Assembly: GCA_963833575.1 (NCBI GenBank)
Contig: CAWHXY010000007.1
Location: 256,001-320,000, forward strand
Source: Candidatus Bathyarchaeota archaeon
Lineage (GTDB): Archaea > Thermoproteota > Bathyarchaeia > Bathyarchaeales > Bathycorpusculaceae
DNA: 64,000 bases
Reading direction: 5' to 3'
Below the pieces are notes generated by a model. That model saw nothing but the letters and a program-made list of their open reading frames with translations, was not told the DNA's origin and made no database searches. Positions 38,245 through 47,833 of the stretch are shown here, in pieces. The first letter of the stretch is position 1. Every line of letters begins with the position of its first letter. The position numbers and the translations under genes were made by a program.

Positions 38245-40637
38245 AAGTAGTCCGTTAAGCTTCTGCTTTCTTCACTTTCTTTGAGACCTTTAGTAATTAG
38301 ATCTCTTTCGGATACGTTGAAGAACCCAAGTATTCTGGCTGCTGCTGGCACTATCTGGTTGGTTATGTAGTATTCAACATCTACTTCCTCGATCTTGGCG
38401 AATTGGAAAGGTTTCACGCGACTATAAAATCGACCTTTGCCGGATAATACGACAAAACCGACTTTGTCGCCAGCCGTTAGTCGCCAGCCTTTCTCTTTTA
38501 GCATTTTCGCCGCTTCGACATGTGGAGCCCGAATAGCATATTGTTCGGGTGATTTGGTTAATGTTTTCCAAATTATTAGGTTTCGCAAAGGAACTTTCCT
38601 CTTTCTTAGCTCGGATATTACCTCATGCACATAATCAATTGCGTTCTTAGGCGATTGCTCCTTTAAAATTACCTCAAGAACATGTTCCTGCACTTTCTTA
38701 GCTACTTGTGCCCAGTCGCCACGAATAACTTCTAACCCGACAATGTCTAGAGTACCGTCGCCTCGGAGGCCCGCATACCGTTTTTTTGCTTCTGTAAAGA
38801 AAACGCGTTTGTAAACTTCACTAACTTCCACTTCCAAACCTAACTCTTCCCAAATTTCAACTTTGAGCTCTTGGAGCTTTTTCCCATCGTTGGTCAAAAA
38901 TAGACTATCTGTGTCACCGTAAATAATCTTTAAACCCTTCGCTTCTGCTAAATGGGTAGCGTTTAAAATTGAGTGTCTGCCCCAAGCTGAGGCTGCTTCC
39001 GCTACGGGTTTAATGTACCATCTTGCTCCAATCCAGCCGGCGTATCCATAAGTAGCATTGGTAATGATTTTTACTGCCTTTTGCCTTGCATCTAAAATAC
39101 TGTATTCAACTGTACTGGGATCTAGTTTCTTCATTTGAATACGTATTTTGTTTCTCACATCTATCAAATAGGTTAATGCTTCTTTGTAGAATCCTGGTGG
39201 TGCTTTGCGGAAACGGTGCCCCACTTCTGGTGCTTCGTAAACCCCAGCGGGTGGTTCAGTCTCATTTGGTGCAATGTAGGTATCAGGGGAAAGGTTGTAT
39301 CTTATCATTATGTTTGGGTACATTGATTTAAAATCTAAAACCGCAATGTTGTCGTGCAAGCCAGGTTTTGGGTTAAGCACTAACCCGCCAGCGTATGGAC
39401 GATATGGCTGCTCTATCCTTCTGGGAATAAGTTCGCCCATTTTAGAGGTTTGCTTAATCAAAAACCACTCCACCCTAAAACCAACTGCTGCGGTCATAAC
39501 GTGGTCCAGTGGCAAACTAACCAAGCTTGATAGTTCCATAGAAAAATCAAGTAGCAACATTGCACAGCTTTGGATTTTTCGAACTTGATTTAAGTTGAAT
39601 TCTTTGAGCGCTTCTCGTTTTTGTGGTTGGTCCCAGTACTCGGAAAATTCAACATCCTCGATTTCCTTGTCTGACTGGTTTTTCATTACACCCAAGTAAT
39701 AGGCAAGGTTAGATAGTGTTTTGACTTTCACTTCTGGGAAAACATCCATGAAGTCGGCGAGATCTACGTTGGCAATACCTGTAAATGAGACGTGACCATA
39801 AATGCTGGTGTGGGGCTCTTTTTTGCCGCGATCTATGTCGAAGGTTCGTTTTAGTCTGTGGCTTCTCTTTATCAGGTAATCCCAGTCTTGAGCGTTAGCG
39901 CCAAAACTAACGATTATGTCTGGGTCAAACTGGCAAACATAATCGATAAACTCCTGAAGGAGTGGCTTATCGTTTTTGTCTTCTTCTGCTAGAAACTGCT
40001 TTTCGTCTCCGTTGCTGGCAACGACGGAGATCATTATTATCGGGTTTCTGTCTGGTTTAGGCGAACCTTCCTGACTATAATTAATCATTGAGAAACTAAG
40101 CGTTTTAAGCCGTGGCTTGTCGACACAATCTAGTAGCTTAGGAATAGATTTTGCGACGTAAACCTTGTCAACTCTTACGCCTAATTTCGCTCCTTCTTCC
40201 TCAGCCTCCACTTCATGCCAAGCACAAGGCGCAATATCATTATCAATTAAGTACCGCATGGCAACGCGAATATCATCTTCGAGGCATTCTTTTATCCCTT
40301 CGAAGCTTCGAAGTTGCTTTGCAAGCTTCATCGTTTCCGTTGCAACCTTACAATAAACTTTTATTGCATGCACAGACCTGCCGAAGAAGCGGCGCTCAAC
40401 AATTTGCACTTTCACAATTGAAGATTCATAAGAGCTCACTATTTCTGATGCAATCTTCGAAACATCAAATCCTTCCTTCACCACAGCATAAAAATAACCA
40501 ATAACTTCTCTATCAATAACGAGCACTCGACACCCATTCTGGTCAATTCCCCAAAGCCACAACTCAATAGCGTCATTATCAATTTTTGGGTTAATGTCTA
40601 AGAGCCAAAAAGTTAGTTTCAACAAATCCGCCAACAT
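38241..40637 (-). CDS. polB: Family B DNA polymerase (PolB3-like) with degenerate 3'-5' exonuclease motifs
   Basis: DFKSMYP, KIITNATYGY and YGDTDS intact; C-terminal PIP-like RSLTDYF. Confidence 0.93.
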   Translation of the reverse strand: MLADLLKLTFWLLDINPKIDNDAIELWLWGIDQNGCRVLVIDREVIGYFYAVVKEGFDVSKIASEIVSSYESSIVKVQIVERRFFGRSVHAIKVYCKVATETMKLAKQLRSFEGIKECLEDDIRVAMRYLIDNDIAPCAWHEVEAEEEGAKLGVRVDKVYVAKSIPKLLDCVDKPRLKTLSFSMINYSQEGSPKPDRNPIIMISVVASNGDEKQFLAEEDKNDKPLLQEFIDYVCQFDPDIIVSFGANAQDWDYLIKRSHRLKRTFDIDRGKKEPHTSIYGHVSFTGIANVDLADFMDVFPEVKVKTLSNLAYYLGVMKNQSDKEIEDVEFSEYWDQPQKREALKEFNLNQVRKIQSCAMLLLDFSMELSSLVSLPLDHVMTAAVGFRVEWFLIKQTSKMGELIPRRIEQPYRPYAGGLVLNPKPGLHDNIAVLDFKSMYPNIMIRYNLSPDTYIAPNETEPPAGVYEAPEVGHRFRKAPPGFYKEALTYLIDVRNKIRIQMKKLDPSTVEYSILDARQKAVKIITNATYGYAGWIGARWYIKPVAEAASAWGRHSILNATHLAEAKGLKIIYGDTDSLFLTNDGKKLQELKVEIWEELGLEVEVSEVYKRVFFTEAKKRYAGLRGDGTLDIVGLEVIRGDWAQVAKKVQEHVLEVILKEQSPKNAIDYVHEVISELRKRKVPLRNLIIWKTLTKSPEQYAIRAPHVEAAKMLKEKGWRLTAGDKVGFVVLSGKGRFYSRVKPFQFAKIEEVDVEYYITNQIVPAAARILGFFNVSERDLITKGLKESEESRSLTDYF

Positions 40638-40700
40638 AATAGAAATATAAATTGAGAGATTAAAAATTACCGAAAGAAGCGTGAATCGTTTGCTTAAATG

Positions 40701-40865
40701 AGAACAACAACAGTTGGTGGGTGCACCGGGTGTTGTTCTTCTCTTGAAAGAAGAAGGAGGACAATCGCAGGGTGCACCGCGTCCTTCTTCTACCCGAGCG
40801 TAACCTAAGAAGATAAACTTCGTATGGGCGCACTTCTTCTACCTGTTAGGAGTATCTTATGAGCT
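40701..40865. repeat. Hairpin-repeat array, locus B (three units)
   Basis: AGAACAACA..TGTTGTTCT; AGAAGAAGGAGGAC..GTCCTTCTTCT; AAGAAG..CTTCTT; cores GGTGCACC, GGTGCACC, GCGCAC. Confidence 0.85.
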
Positions 40866-40961
40866 ACAGCGTATCATTGCGATAAATGTAAATTTTAAAG
40901 GGCCAATATCGAGAGTAGTTAGTTTTAAGTTTCACGGCGTAAACTTCATTTTGGTTATTTT

Positions 40962-41888
40962 ATGACGTCTCAAGAAGTTCTGATTGAAGCGCAGGGTTTA
41001 ACAAAGAAATTTGATGATTTCACTGCAGTAGATCATATAGACTTTAAAGTTTACAAGGGTGAATGTGTAGGTTTCTTGGGACCTAACGGTGCAGGCAAAA
41101 CTACAACGGTTCGGATGATGTATTGTTTTTTGCCGCCAACCTCTGGAGAATTAAAGCTTGCAGGCTTGAGTGTTAACAAGGATTGCAGAGAAATAAAGAA
41201 TCTTGTTGGTGTAGCGCCTCAAGAGGACAATTTAGATCCAGATTTCACTGTTATAAAAAACCTCACTGTTTATTGCCGTTATTTTGGTATCCCAAAAGAT
41301 GAAGCTCTTAAACGGGCGAATGAGCAGCTGAAGTTTTTTCAACTTGAGGAAAAAAGAGATGTGTCTATAGCTGCCTTGTCGGGAGGCTTGAAGCGTCGTT
41401 TGATTTTTGCAAGGGCTCTAATAAATCAGCCTCAAATTCTTCTTTTAGATGAGCCAACAACAGGTTTAGATCCGCAGGCTCGCCATTTGGCTTGGGATGA
41501 AGTGCGGAACTTGAAGAAAAAGCAAGTTACGATAATTTTAACCACACACTACATGGATGAAGCTGCAGTCCTATGCGACCGCATACTCATAGTTGATAAA
41601 GGCAAAATCATTGAGGAAGGCAGCCCCGCTGAACTGGTGAAGAAGCATGTTGGCGAAGAGGTTTTGGAAGTTGATTATGACGAGAAATTGCTGCCCAGTT
41701 TAAAAGAGGCGTTTTCAGATGCACGTTTTGAGCATTTAGGTGACCGACTGCAAATCTTCACCGACAAACCTCATGGGGTTTTTGAAGGCTTCCTAAAAGA
41801 GCACCCCATGCAAAATGTAACCATACGTACAGCTAATCTTGAGGATGTTTTCCTTAAACTAACAGGAAGGGGCTTGAGAGAAGAATGA
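40962..41888 (+). CDS. ABC-2 exporter ATP-binding protein (NodI-like)
   Basis: GPNGAGKTT, PQEDNLDPDFTV, LSGGLKRRL, DEPTTGLDPQARH. Confidence 0.9.
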   Translation: MTSQEVLIEAQGLTKKFDDFTAVDHIDFKVYKGECVGFLGPNGAGKTTTVRMMYCFLPPTSGELKLAGLSVNKDCREIKNLVGVAPQEDNLDPDFTVIKNLTVYCRYFGIPKDEALKRANEQLKFFQLEEKRDVSIAALSGGLKRRLIFARALINQPQILLLDEPTTGLDPQARHLAWDEVRNLKKKQVTIILTTHYMDEAAVLCDRILIVDKGKIIEEGSPAELVKKHVGEEVLEVDYDEKLLPSLKEAFSDARFEHLGDRLQIFTDKPHGVFEGFLKEHPMQNVTIRTANLEDVFLKLTGRGLREE

Positions 41889-42718
41889 CCAGCCCCAACC
41901 TGCGCAAGTCTCCAGCCCGTTTCGCCCTTCCAAGATTGTCCTATAGGGTTTGGATGGTTTGGCGCCGCAACTTTGATGTCTTCACAAAAACTATAGCCGT
42001 TAATTTCTTGCCTTCACTTCTTGAACCCATACTGTACCTACTGGCTTTCGGCTTTGGACTTGGCGGCTTCATACCAAGCATTCGAGGCCAATCATACATC
42101 AGTTTTATTGCGCCCGCACTAGTGGCAATTTCCGTCATGAACGGCTCTTTCTTTGAATGCACTTTTGCTTCTTTCGTTCGCATGTACTTCCAAAAAACCT
42201 TTGACGCCATCGTTGCCACGCCCGTTAGTGTTGAAGAAGTGGTTGCAGGAGAACTTCTTTGGGGAGCAACCCGAGCAACAATTAACACAACCATTGTATT
42301 GGCGGTGGTTGCCGCTTTCGGGTTAATTTCAAGCCCACTATTTTTATTGGTTATCCCGTTCGCTTTTTTTGGCGGTTTGATGTTTGCTTCTATGGCAATG
42401 TGCTTTACCTCGGTTGCGCCAAATATTGACTTCTTTAATTTTCCCTCATTTCTGTTTTTGACGCCAATGTTCTTTTTATGTGGCACATTCTTCCCATTGA
42501 CATCTTTGCCTGTTGCGGCACAAGGAACCGCCTTGACAGTTTTGCCCTTAACTCATGTTGTAAATATTACCAGAGGCCTAATTTCGGGGAAACTGGAACC
42601 AATCCTCGGTTTGAGCCCTGCAACGTTAATACTTGTAAGTTTAACATGGATAATAGCAGTTACAATTTTCTTCTTTATACTTAGCATTAATCTGATGAAA
42701 AAACGGTTAACAAGCTAA
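41885..42718 (+). CDS. ABC-2 permease (NodJ-like)
   Basis: EPILYLLAFGFGLG...FIAPAL...GELLWGATR; ATGA overlap with the ATPase gene. Confidence 0.9.
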   Translation: MTSPNLRKSPARFALPRLSYRVWMVWRRNFDVFTKTIAVNFLPSLLEPILYLLAFGFGLGGFIPSIRGQSYISFIAPALVAISVMNGSFFECTFASFVRMYFQKTFDAIVATPVSVEEVVAGELLWGATRATINTTIVLAVVAAFGLISSPLFLLVIPFAFFGGLMFASMAMCFTSVAPNIDFFNFPSFLFLTPMFFLCGTFFPLTSLPVAAQGTALTVLPLTHVVNITRGLISGKLEPILGLSPATLILVSLTWIIAVTIFFFILSINLMKKRLTS

Positions 42719-42760
42719 ACTATCTTAACCTATAGTCGCCACTCAGTGGAAGAAAATTAA

Positions 42761-43684
42761 TTACAGCTTTATCTCTTTAATTTCTGCGATGACAAGATAG
42801 AAAGTCGCTAGTCCCTTCCATTTGCCCCATGAGTTAGCAATTTCACGTGCCTCCTCAGCCTTTATCGGTTTACCTTTGCAGTAATATTCTGAAATCACTC
42901 GTCTAACACCTAAATCGTCAGCTGGAAAGGCATCTAACTTTTGCATTCCTCTAAGCATAGTTAACTCAGCTGTCCAAATCCCAATGCCTCTGATTGCGTC
43001 AAGCTCTGAAATGATTTCTTCGGGATTTTGTTGAGTTTTTAGGTTCTCAAGATCCAGGTTGCCTTCAAAAATTAATTGGGCTGCTCCTTGAATGTACTCG
43101 GCTTTACGTCTACTTAAGCCAACTTGTTGTATCTCATCGATGCTTGTTCTGGCTATTGTTTGGGGTGTTGGGAACGCAAAGTAAGTCACTCCATCTATAT
43201 CTATATGGTCGCCGAGTTTTTTTGTTAAACGTTCCTCTAATGCGACTGCAACTTTAATCGAGATTTGCTGTTCAATTATGGAGTCAACCAACGATTCAAA
43301 AACAGTTGGGGTTGTCGGATTCTTTAATCCATACAGCCGTTCAGTTAATTTATGCATTATAGGCTCGTTTTTTATATCGCTGTAAAAAGAGCAAAGATCA
43401 AAGTCAAGGTTGAAAATGAATGTTAACATTTCCTCAGCTTTTCGCTTAATCTCGGATGCAATAGGTTGGTTTGATTTTACTTCAAGAGTTATTCTTGGTT
43501 GCTCAACCGTTCCTGCTGAGGATAATTTAACCAGGAGAAGATCACCATTGATTTTTAAGACTTGACAGAATTGACCATTTTCAAACGATCGAATCTGTTT
43601 GTCGCCGCTGCTAAATATAAGAGCAGTCAAATCAAAGTCAAGGGGCGCTTGCGGCTTAATCGTTATGATTTCGGTGAAGGTCAT
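42761..43684 (-). CDS. alkA: DNA-3-methyladenine glycosylase II (HhH-GPD)
   Basis: FESLVDSIIEQQIS, IRGIGIWTAE, FPADDLGVRR. Confidence 0.88.
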   Translation of the reverse strand: MTFTEIITIKPQAPLDFDLTALIFSSGDKQIRSFENGQFCQVLKINGDLLLVKLSSAGTVEQPRITLEVKSNQPIASEIKRKAEEMLTFIFNLDFDLCSFYSDIKNEPIMHKLTERLYGLKNPTTPTVFESLVDSIIEQQISIKVAVALEERLTKKLGDHIDIDGVTYFAFPTPQTIARTSIDEIQQVGLSRRKAEYIQGAAQLIFEGNLDLENLKTQQNPEEIISELDAIRGIGIWTAELTMLRGMQKLDAFPADDLGVRRVISEYYCKGKPIKAEEAREIANSWGKWKGLATFYLVIAEIKEIKL

Positions 43685-43781
43685 CTTGCCTCATCTCAAA
43701 TGCTGACTTTACAGCTTCAGCGAAAATATTAAAGATTTTTAACTACAAAGCGCGTTGTAAGCGAGTAACGGATGGTTAATC

Positions 43782-44456
43782 ATGCGTCTAGTCGTGCGAA
43801 TAGGCGGTTCAGTAGTAGCATCACCGGTAAACACCAAGTTAATGAGCGAATACGCTGACCTAATAAAAACTGTGAAAAGTCAAGGCCATGAGGTTGCGGT
43901 GGTTGTTGGAGGCGGCGCTTTGGCACGGGAATTCATCAAAATTGCAAAAGATTTAGGTTTAGATATGCAGGGGCAGGATGAAATTGCCATTTCTTGTTCG
44001 CGTTTGTTTGCTCAGCTTTTCCTCAAAAGACTCGGCGAAGTTGGCTGCAGCAAAGTGGCTATAACGCTTGATGATGCAGCGCAGTGCCTTAACGAGGGAA
44101 AGGTTGTTGTTATGGGGGGTTTGAAACCTGGAATCACCACGGATACCGTTGCAGCGTTGGTTGCTGAGCGGGTAAACGCGGATTTACTGGTTAAGGGCAC
44201 CGACCAAGAAGGCGTTTATGACAAAGACCCCAGAAAGCACGCGGACGCAGTTAAGCTTGATCACCTGAGTTTTGATGATTTGTCAAAGGTTTTTGAAGGG
44301 AGCGTGCATAAAGCAGGGATTCATCAGATTATTGATCCTGAAGCTATTAAAGTTTTGAAGCGTCATCGTTTTAAATTGATTGTTGTTAACGGCTTTAAGC
44401 CCGAGAATATTCTGGCAGCTGTTAATGGTGATGAAGTGGGCACTATTATTAGCTAA
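43782..44456 (+). CDS. pyrH: Uridylate kinase (archaeal)
   Basis: IGGSV, VVVGGGALAREFI, PGITTDTVAA, GVYDKDP. Confidence 0.92.
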   Translation: MRLVVRIGGSVVASPVNTKLMSEYADLIKTVKSQGHEVAVVVGGGALAREFIKIAKDLGLDMQGQDEIAISCSRLFAQLFLKRLGEVGCSKVAITLDDAAQCLNEGKVVVMGGLKPGITTDTVAALVAERVNADLLVKGTDQEGVYDKDPRKHADAVKLDHLSFDDLSKVFEGSVHKAGIHQIIDPEAIKVLKRHRFKLIVVNGFKPENILAAVNGDEVGTIIS

Positions 44457-44500
44457 TTTTTCATCTTTTACGATTTTTTGTTGTTATTTTTTCCTACATG

Positions 44501-44559
44501 TTTAAATATCACTTGCGATATCGCATGTGATGTCAAATACGATATCGATAACGATATCG
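44501..44559 (+). promoter_or_regulatory. TATA box followed by three CGATATCG palindromes (putative PadR operator)
   Basis: TTTAAATA 44501-44508; TGCGATATCGCA 44514-44525; CGATATCG at 44540-44547 and 44552-44559; ATG at 44574. Confidence 0.7.
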
Positions 44560-44573
44560 AAGGCGATAATATA

Positions 44574-45197
44574 ATGGATAAAGAAGAAAGAGAAGAAAAA
44601 AAACAAATCAAACATGAAATGCGCGAAGAAAAACACATGATGTTCCACAGGCGAAACTGGCTACGCCACAACGCCATGGTTCCAAAAGGATTCCTACGCT
44701 ACCACGTACTAGAAGCACTCAACGAAAAAGCAATGTCCGGTTCAGAATTAATGGATGAAATCCAAAAACACACAGGCGGAACTTGGAAACCCAGCCCAGG
44801 CTCAATCTACCCCCTACTTGCATGGTTACAAGACAACACGTACATAACTGAACTCCCTACAGAGAACGGATTTAAACGCTATGAATTAACAAAAACTGGC
44901 AAAGATTTTCTTGAGGAGCAAACCAAAATCAGAGATAAATTCACGCAGGACTCAGGATTCCTGGCAAGCCCATTTTTTGACAGATTCTTTGGCAAAATAC
45001 CTGAAGAAAAGTCAAATCAAATTCGTTTGTCGATGAAGAGGTTGTTTGTTTCATCGATAAAACTGGCTAAGGCTATGAGAGAAAGCTATTCTGAAAAAGA
45101 TTTAGATGAAGCGTTAAAGGTGCTTGATGAAGCCTCGACAAAACTTGAAGATATAAGAAGTAAAATGACAGCTGGAACTGAAAATGAGTCAAAATGA
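44574..45197 (+). CDS. PadR-family transcriptional regulator
   Basis: KGFLRYHVLEAL...WKPSPGSIYPLL...YELTKTG. Start moved to ATG 44574. Confidence 0.92.
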   Translation: MDKEEREEKKQIKHEMREEKHMMFHRRNWLRHNAMVPKGFLRYHVLEALNEKAMSGSELMDEIQKHTGGTWKPSPGSIYPLLAWLQDNTYITELPTENGFKRYELTKTGKDFLEEQTKIRDKFTQDSGFLASPFFDRFFGKIPEEKSNQIRLSMKRLFVSSIKLAKAMRESYSEKDLDEALKVLDEASTKLEDIRSKMTAGTENESK

Positions 45198-46191
45198 AGA
45201 CGTTATAAAAGTTGAAGGATTAACCAAAGTTTACAACCACAGTCTAACCGCGGTTGATCACATAGACTTCAGCGTTAAAAGGGGAGAAATCTTTGGTTTT
45301 CTTGGACCCAACGGCGCAGGAAAAACAACTACCATCAAAATGCTCATAACAGTCATAAGACCCACAGAAGGAACAGCAACTATACTGAGCGGCGACATTG
45401 CAAAACAAAGCATGGAAGTACGAGCAGCAATTGGCGTAGTCCCACAAGAATATACTGCAGACGAGGACTTAACCGGAATTGAAAACATTCTGTTGTGCGC
45501 TGACCTCTATGGCATTCCACGTTCAGTGTCGAAAAAACGGGCTGCAGACCTTTTGAATTTAGTTGAGTTAACAGCATTCAAAGATAAACGAGTTCAAACT
45601 TTTTCAGGCGGCATGCGTAGAAGGCTAGAGTTGGCATGCGGCTTAATTAATCGTCCCAAAGTCCTATTCCTAGATGAACCTACATTAGGATTAGATGTGC
45701 AAACTCGAGCAGCTACTTGGAATTACGTTAAGATGCTCAAAAAAGAATTCGGCATGACCCTTTTCTTAACAACACACTACCTTGAAGAAGCAGATGCCCT
45801 CTGCGACCGCATAGCCATAATTGACCATGGAAAAATCGTTGTCGTCGGCAGTCCAACAGAGCTTAAAGACAGTTTAGGCGGAGACATCATAACGCTTAGC
45901 ATTCAAAAAGAAGAAGACATCACCGGATTAATCAGCAAAATTGAGCATGTAAAAGAAGTTAAAAAAGAAAACGGCTCATACATGATCAAATCATCAAACG
46001 GAGAGCTAACGGCACCCTTAATCATCGAAGCATTAAGAAAAAGCGGACAGGTTGTAACGAAGCTTGCATTAACAAAACCAACATTGAACGAGGTTTACCT
46101 ACAATATACTGGAAAATCTATGCGTGATGCAGAGGAATCTCGGGAAACAGTAATGCAACAGAGAATGGCTATGAGGAGATCACGAGCATGA
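45184..46191 (+). CDS. DrrA-like ABC exporter ATP-binding protein
   Basis: GPNGAGKTT, FSGGMRRRLE, DEPTLGLD. Confidence 0.92.
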   Translation: MSQNEDVIKVEGLTKVYNHSLTAVDHIDFSVKRGEIFGFLGPNGAGKTTTIKMLITVIRPTEGTATILSGDIAKQSMEVRAAIGVVPQEYTADEDLTGIENILLCADLYGIPRSVSKKRAADLLNLVELTAFKDKRVQTFSGGMRRRLELACGLINRPKVLFLDEPTLGLDVQTRAATWNYVKMLKKEFGMTLFLTTHYLEEADALCDRIAIIDHGKIVVVGSPTELKDSLGGDIITLSIQKEEDITGLISKIEHVKEVKKENGSYMIKSSNGELTAPLIIEALRKSGQVVTKLALTKPTLNEVYLQYTGKSMRDAEESRETVMQQRMAMRRSRA

Positions 46192-47033
46192 GCGAAACAG
46201 ATGAAAACCAAGTTTCAAAAAGCCGAATGCACGGTCTGTGGGCCTTAACCAACAGAGAACTTAAAAAATGGTATCAGCAACCGTTCGTTTTAGCCATGGG
46301 AATAATTCAGCCGATCCTTTGGTTAGCTCTGCTTGGAAAAGCGATGAACATAGGCAATATCGTAACAGGTATTCCAGGCATAGATCCTACAAAGGTTATG
46401 ATGGCGACATTTGGAACAAAAGATTATTTCTCGTTCATGTCGATGAGCATGGTAGCCTTCACCGTAGTATTTACAACGGCGTTTGTGGGCATGTCTGTAG
46501 TTTGGGATAAACGATTGGGTTTCATGAATAAAGTCTTAAGCACTCCAGTATCACGATCGGCTATAATCCTATCAAAAGTATTTGCGGCAAGCGTCCGAGC
46601 AATCTTTCAAGCAGCCATCGTAGCAGCTGTAGCATTCGCATTAGGACTCAGCACTGGAAGCAACTTCGCATGGTACAGCATACTTGGAATATTCGCTATA
46701 GTATTCCTAATCAGTGTTGGCTTATCATCATTCTTCACCGCCCTAACGTTAAGAGCAACAAGAATGGAGATGCCTCAAGCAATCTTCCAACTCGTAACTC
46801 TACCATTAATGTTTGCAAGCAGCGCCTACTTCCCAATTGCCCAAATGCCAAGTTGGCTCCAAGCAATAGCAAACGTTAACCCAATATCATACACAATCGA
46901 CGCAGTAAGAAGACTAATGGTGTTCAGCGACGGATTCAAACAGCTACCACTTGACTTTGCATACGTCGGAGTCTTTGCAGTCATTGTAACAGTCATATGC
47001 GTAGTACTCTCATGGAGATACCTGAACAAGTAA
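46188..47033 (+). CDS. DrrB-like ABC-2 permease
   Basis: QPILWLAL, VWDKRLGFM, NPISYTIDAVR. Confidence 0.9.
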   Translation: MSETDENQVSKSRMHGLWALTNRELKKWYQQPFVLAMGIIQPILWLALLGKAMNIGNIVTGIPGIDPTKVMMATFGTKDYFSFMSMSMVAFTVVFTTAFVGMSVVWDKRLGFMNKVLSTPVSRSAIILSKVFAASVRAIFQAAIVAAVAFALGLSTGSNFAWYSILGIFAIVFLISVGLSSFFTALTLRATRMEMPQAIFQLVTLPLMFASSAYFPIAQMPSWLQAIANVNPISYTIDAVRRLMVFSDGFKQLPLDFAYVGVFAVIVTVICVVLSWRYLNK

Positions 47034-47143
47034 TGCAAAAAAATTAAAACAAAAACACAATTTCCCTTTTTTAATGTAACTAGTCCTTATAAGAATGAAC
47101 CATTTCCATTTTCAATACAATAAACAAAGGAGCAAAAAAAGCT

Positions 47144-47833
47144 ATGACAACAATTGTCGAAGCAATAGACCTGAAAAAAACTTACATGCTTGGAAAAGTC
47201 CCTGTTGAAGCGCTTCGAGGGGTAAACCTCAAAGTTGAAACTGGAGACTTCGTTTCCATCCTTGGACCGTCCGGAAGCGGCAAATCCACAATGCTAAACA
47301 TGATAGGCGCATTAGACAAACCGACTTCCGGAACTATGCTGATAGACGGCGTTGACATATCTAAACTCAACGACAACCAATTAGCTGATTTGCGAAAGCG
47401 AATTGGTTTTGTTTTCCAATTTTTCAATTTGATACCTAGATTAACCGCGAAAGATAATGTTGAATTGTCTATGTCTATTGCGGATATGGGTAAAGCTGAA
47501 CGGAGGAAAAAAGCGATAGAGCTTCTTGAAACCGTAGGTTTGAAAGATCGAATTAATCATAAGCCCGCTGAACTCAGCGGTGGACAGCAACAACGTGTGG
47601 CCATTGCTCGCGCTTTAGCAAACAGTCCTAAATTTCTTTTGCTTGATGAGCCGACAGGCAACATTGATTCCAAAACCGCAAGTGAAGTTATCGCTTTAAT
47701 CAACAAGTTGAACACAGAACAAAATGTTAGTATAATTATGGTTACTCATGACCAACATTTAGCTAGAGAAGCCAAAAGAACTGCGCAAATGTTTGATGGT
47801 CAAATTATATCTGAAGTGGTGAATGAAAGATGA
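47144..47833 (+). CDS. ABC ATP-binding protein (LolD/MacB type)
   Basis: [32 protein letters not shown]. Confidence 0.93.
   Translation: MTTIVEAIDLKKTYMLGKVPVEALRGVNLKVETGDFVSILGPSGSGKSTMLNMIGALDKPTSGTMLIDGVDISKLNDNQLADLRKRIGFVFQFFNLIPRLTAKDNVELSMSIADMGKAERRKKAIELLETVGLKDRINHKPAELSGGQQQRVAIARALANSPKFLLLDEPTGNIDSKTASEVIALINKLNTEQNVSIIMVTHDQHLAREAKRTAQMFDGQIISEVVNER

Noticed and set aside
44478-44573. N-terminal extension of the PadR ORF
   Set aside because: It overlaps the TATA box and palindromes; ATG 44574 is the plausible start.
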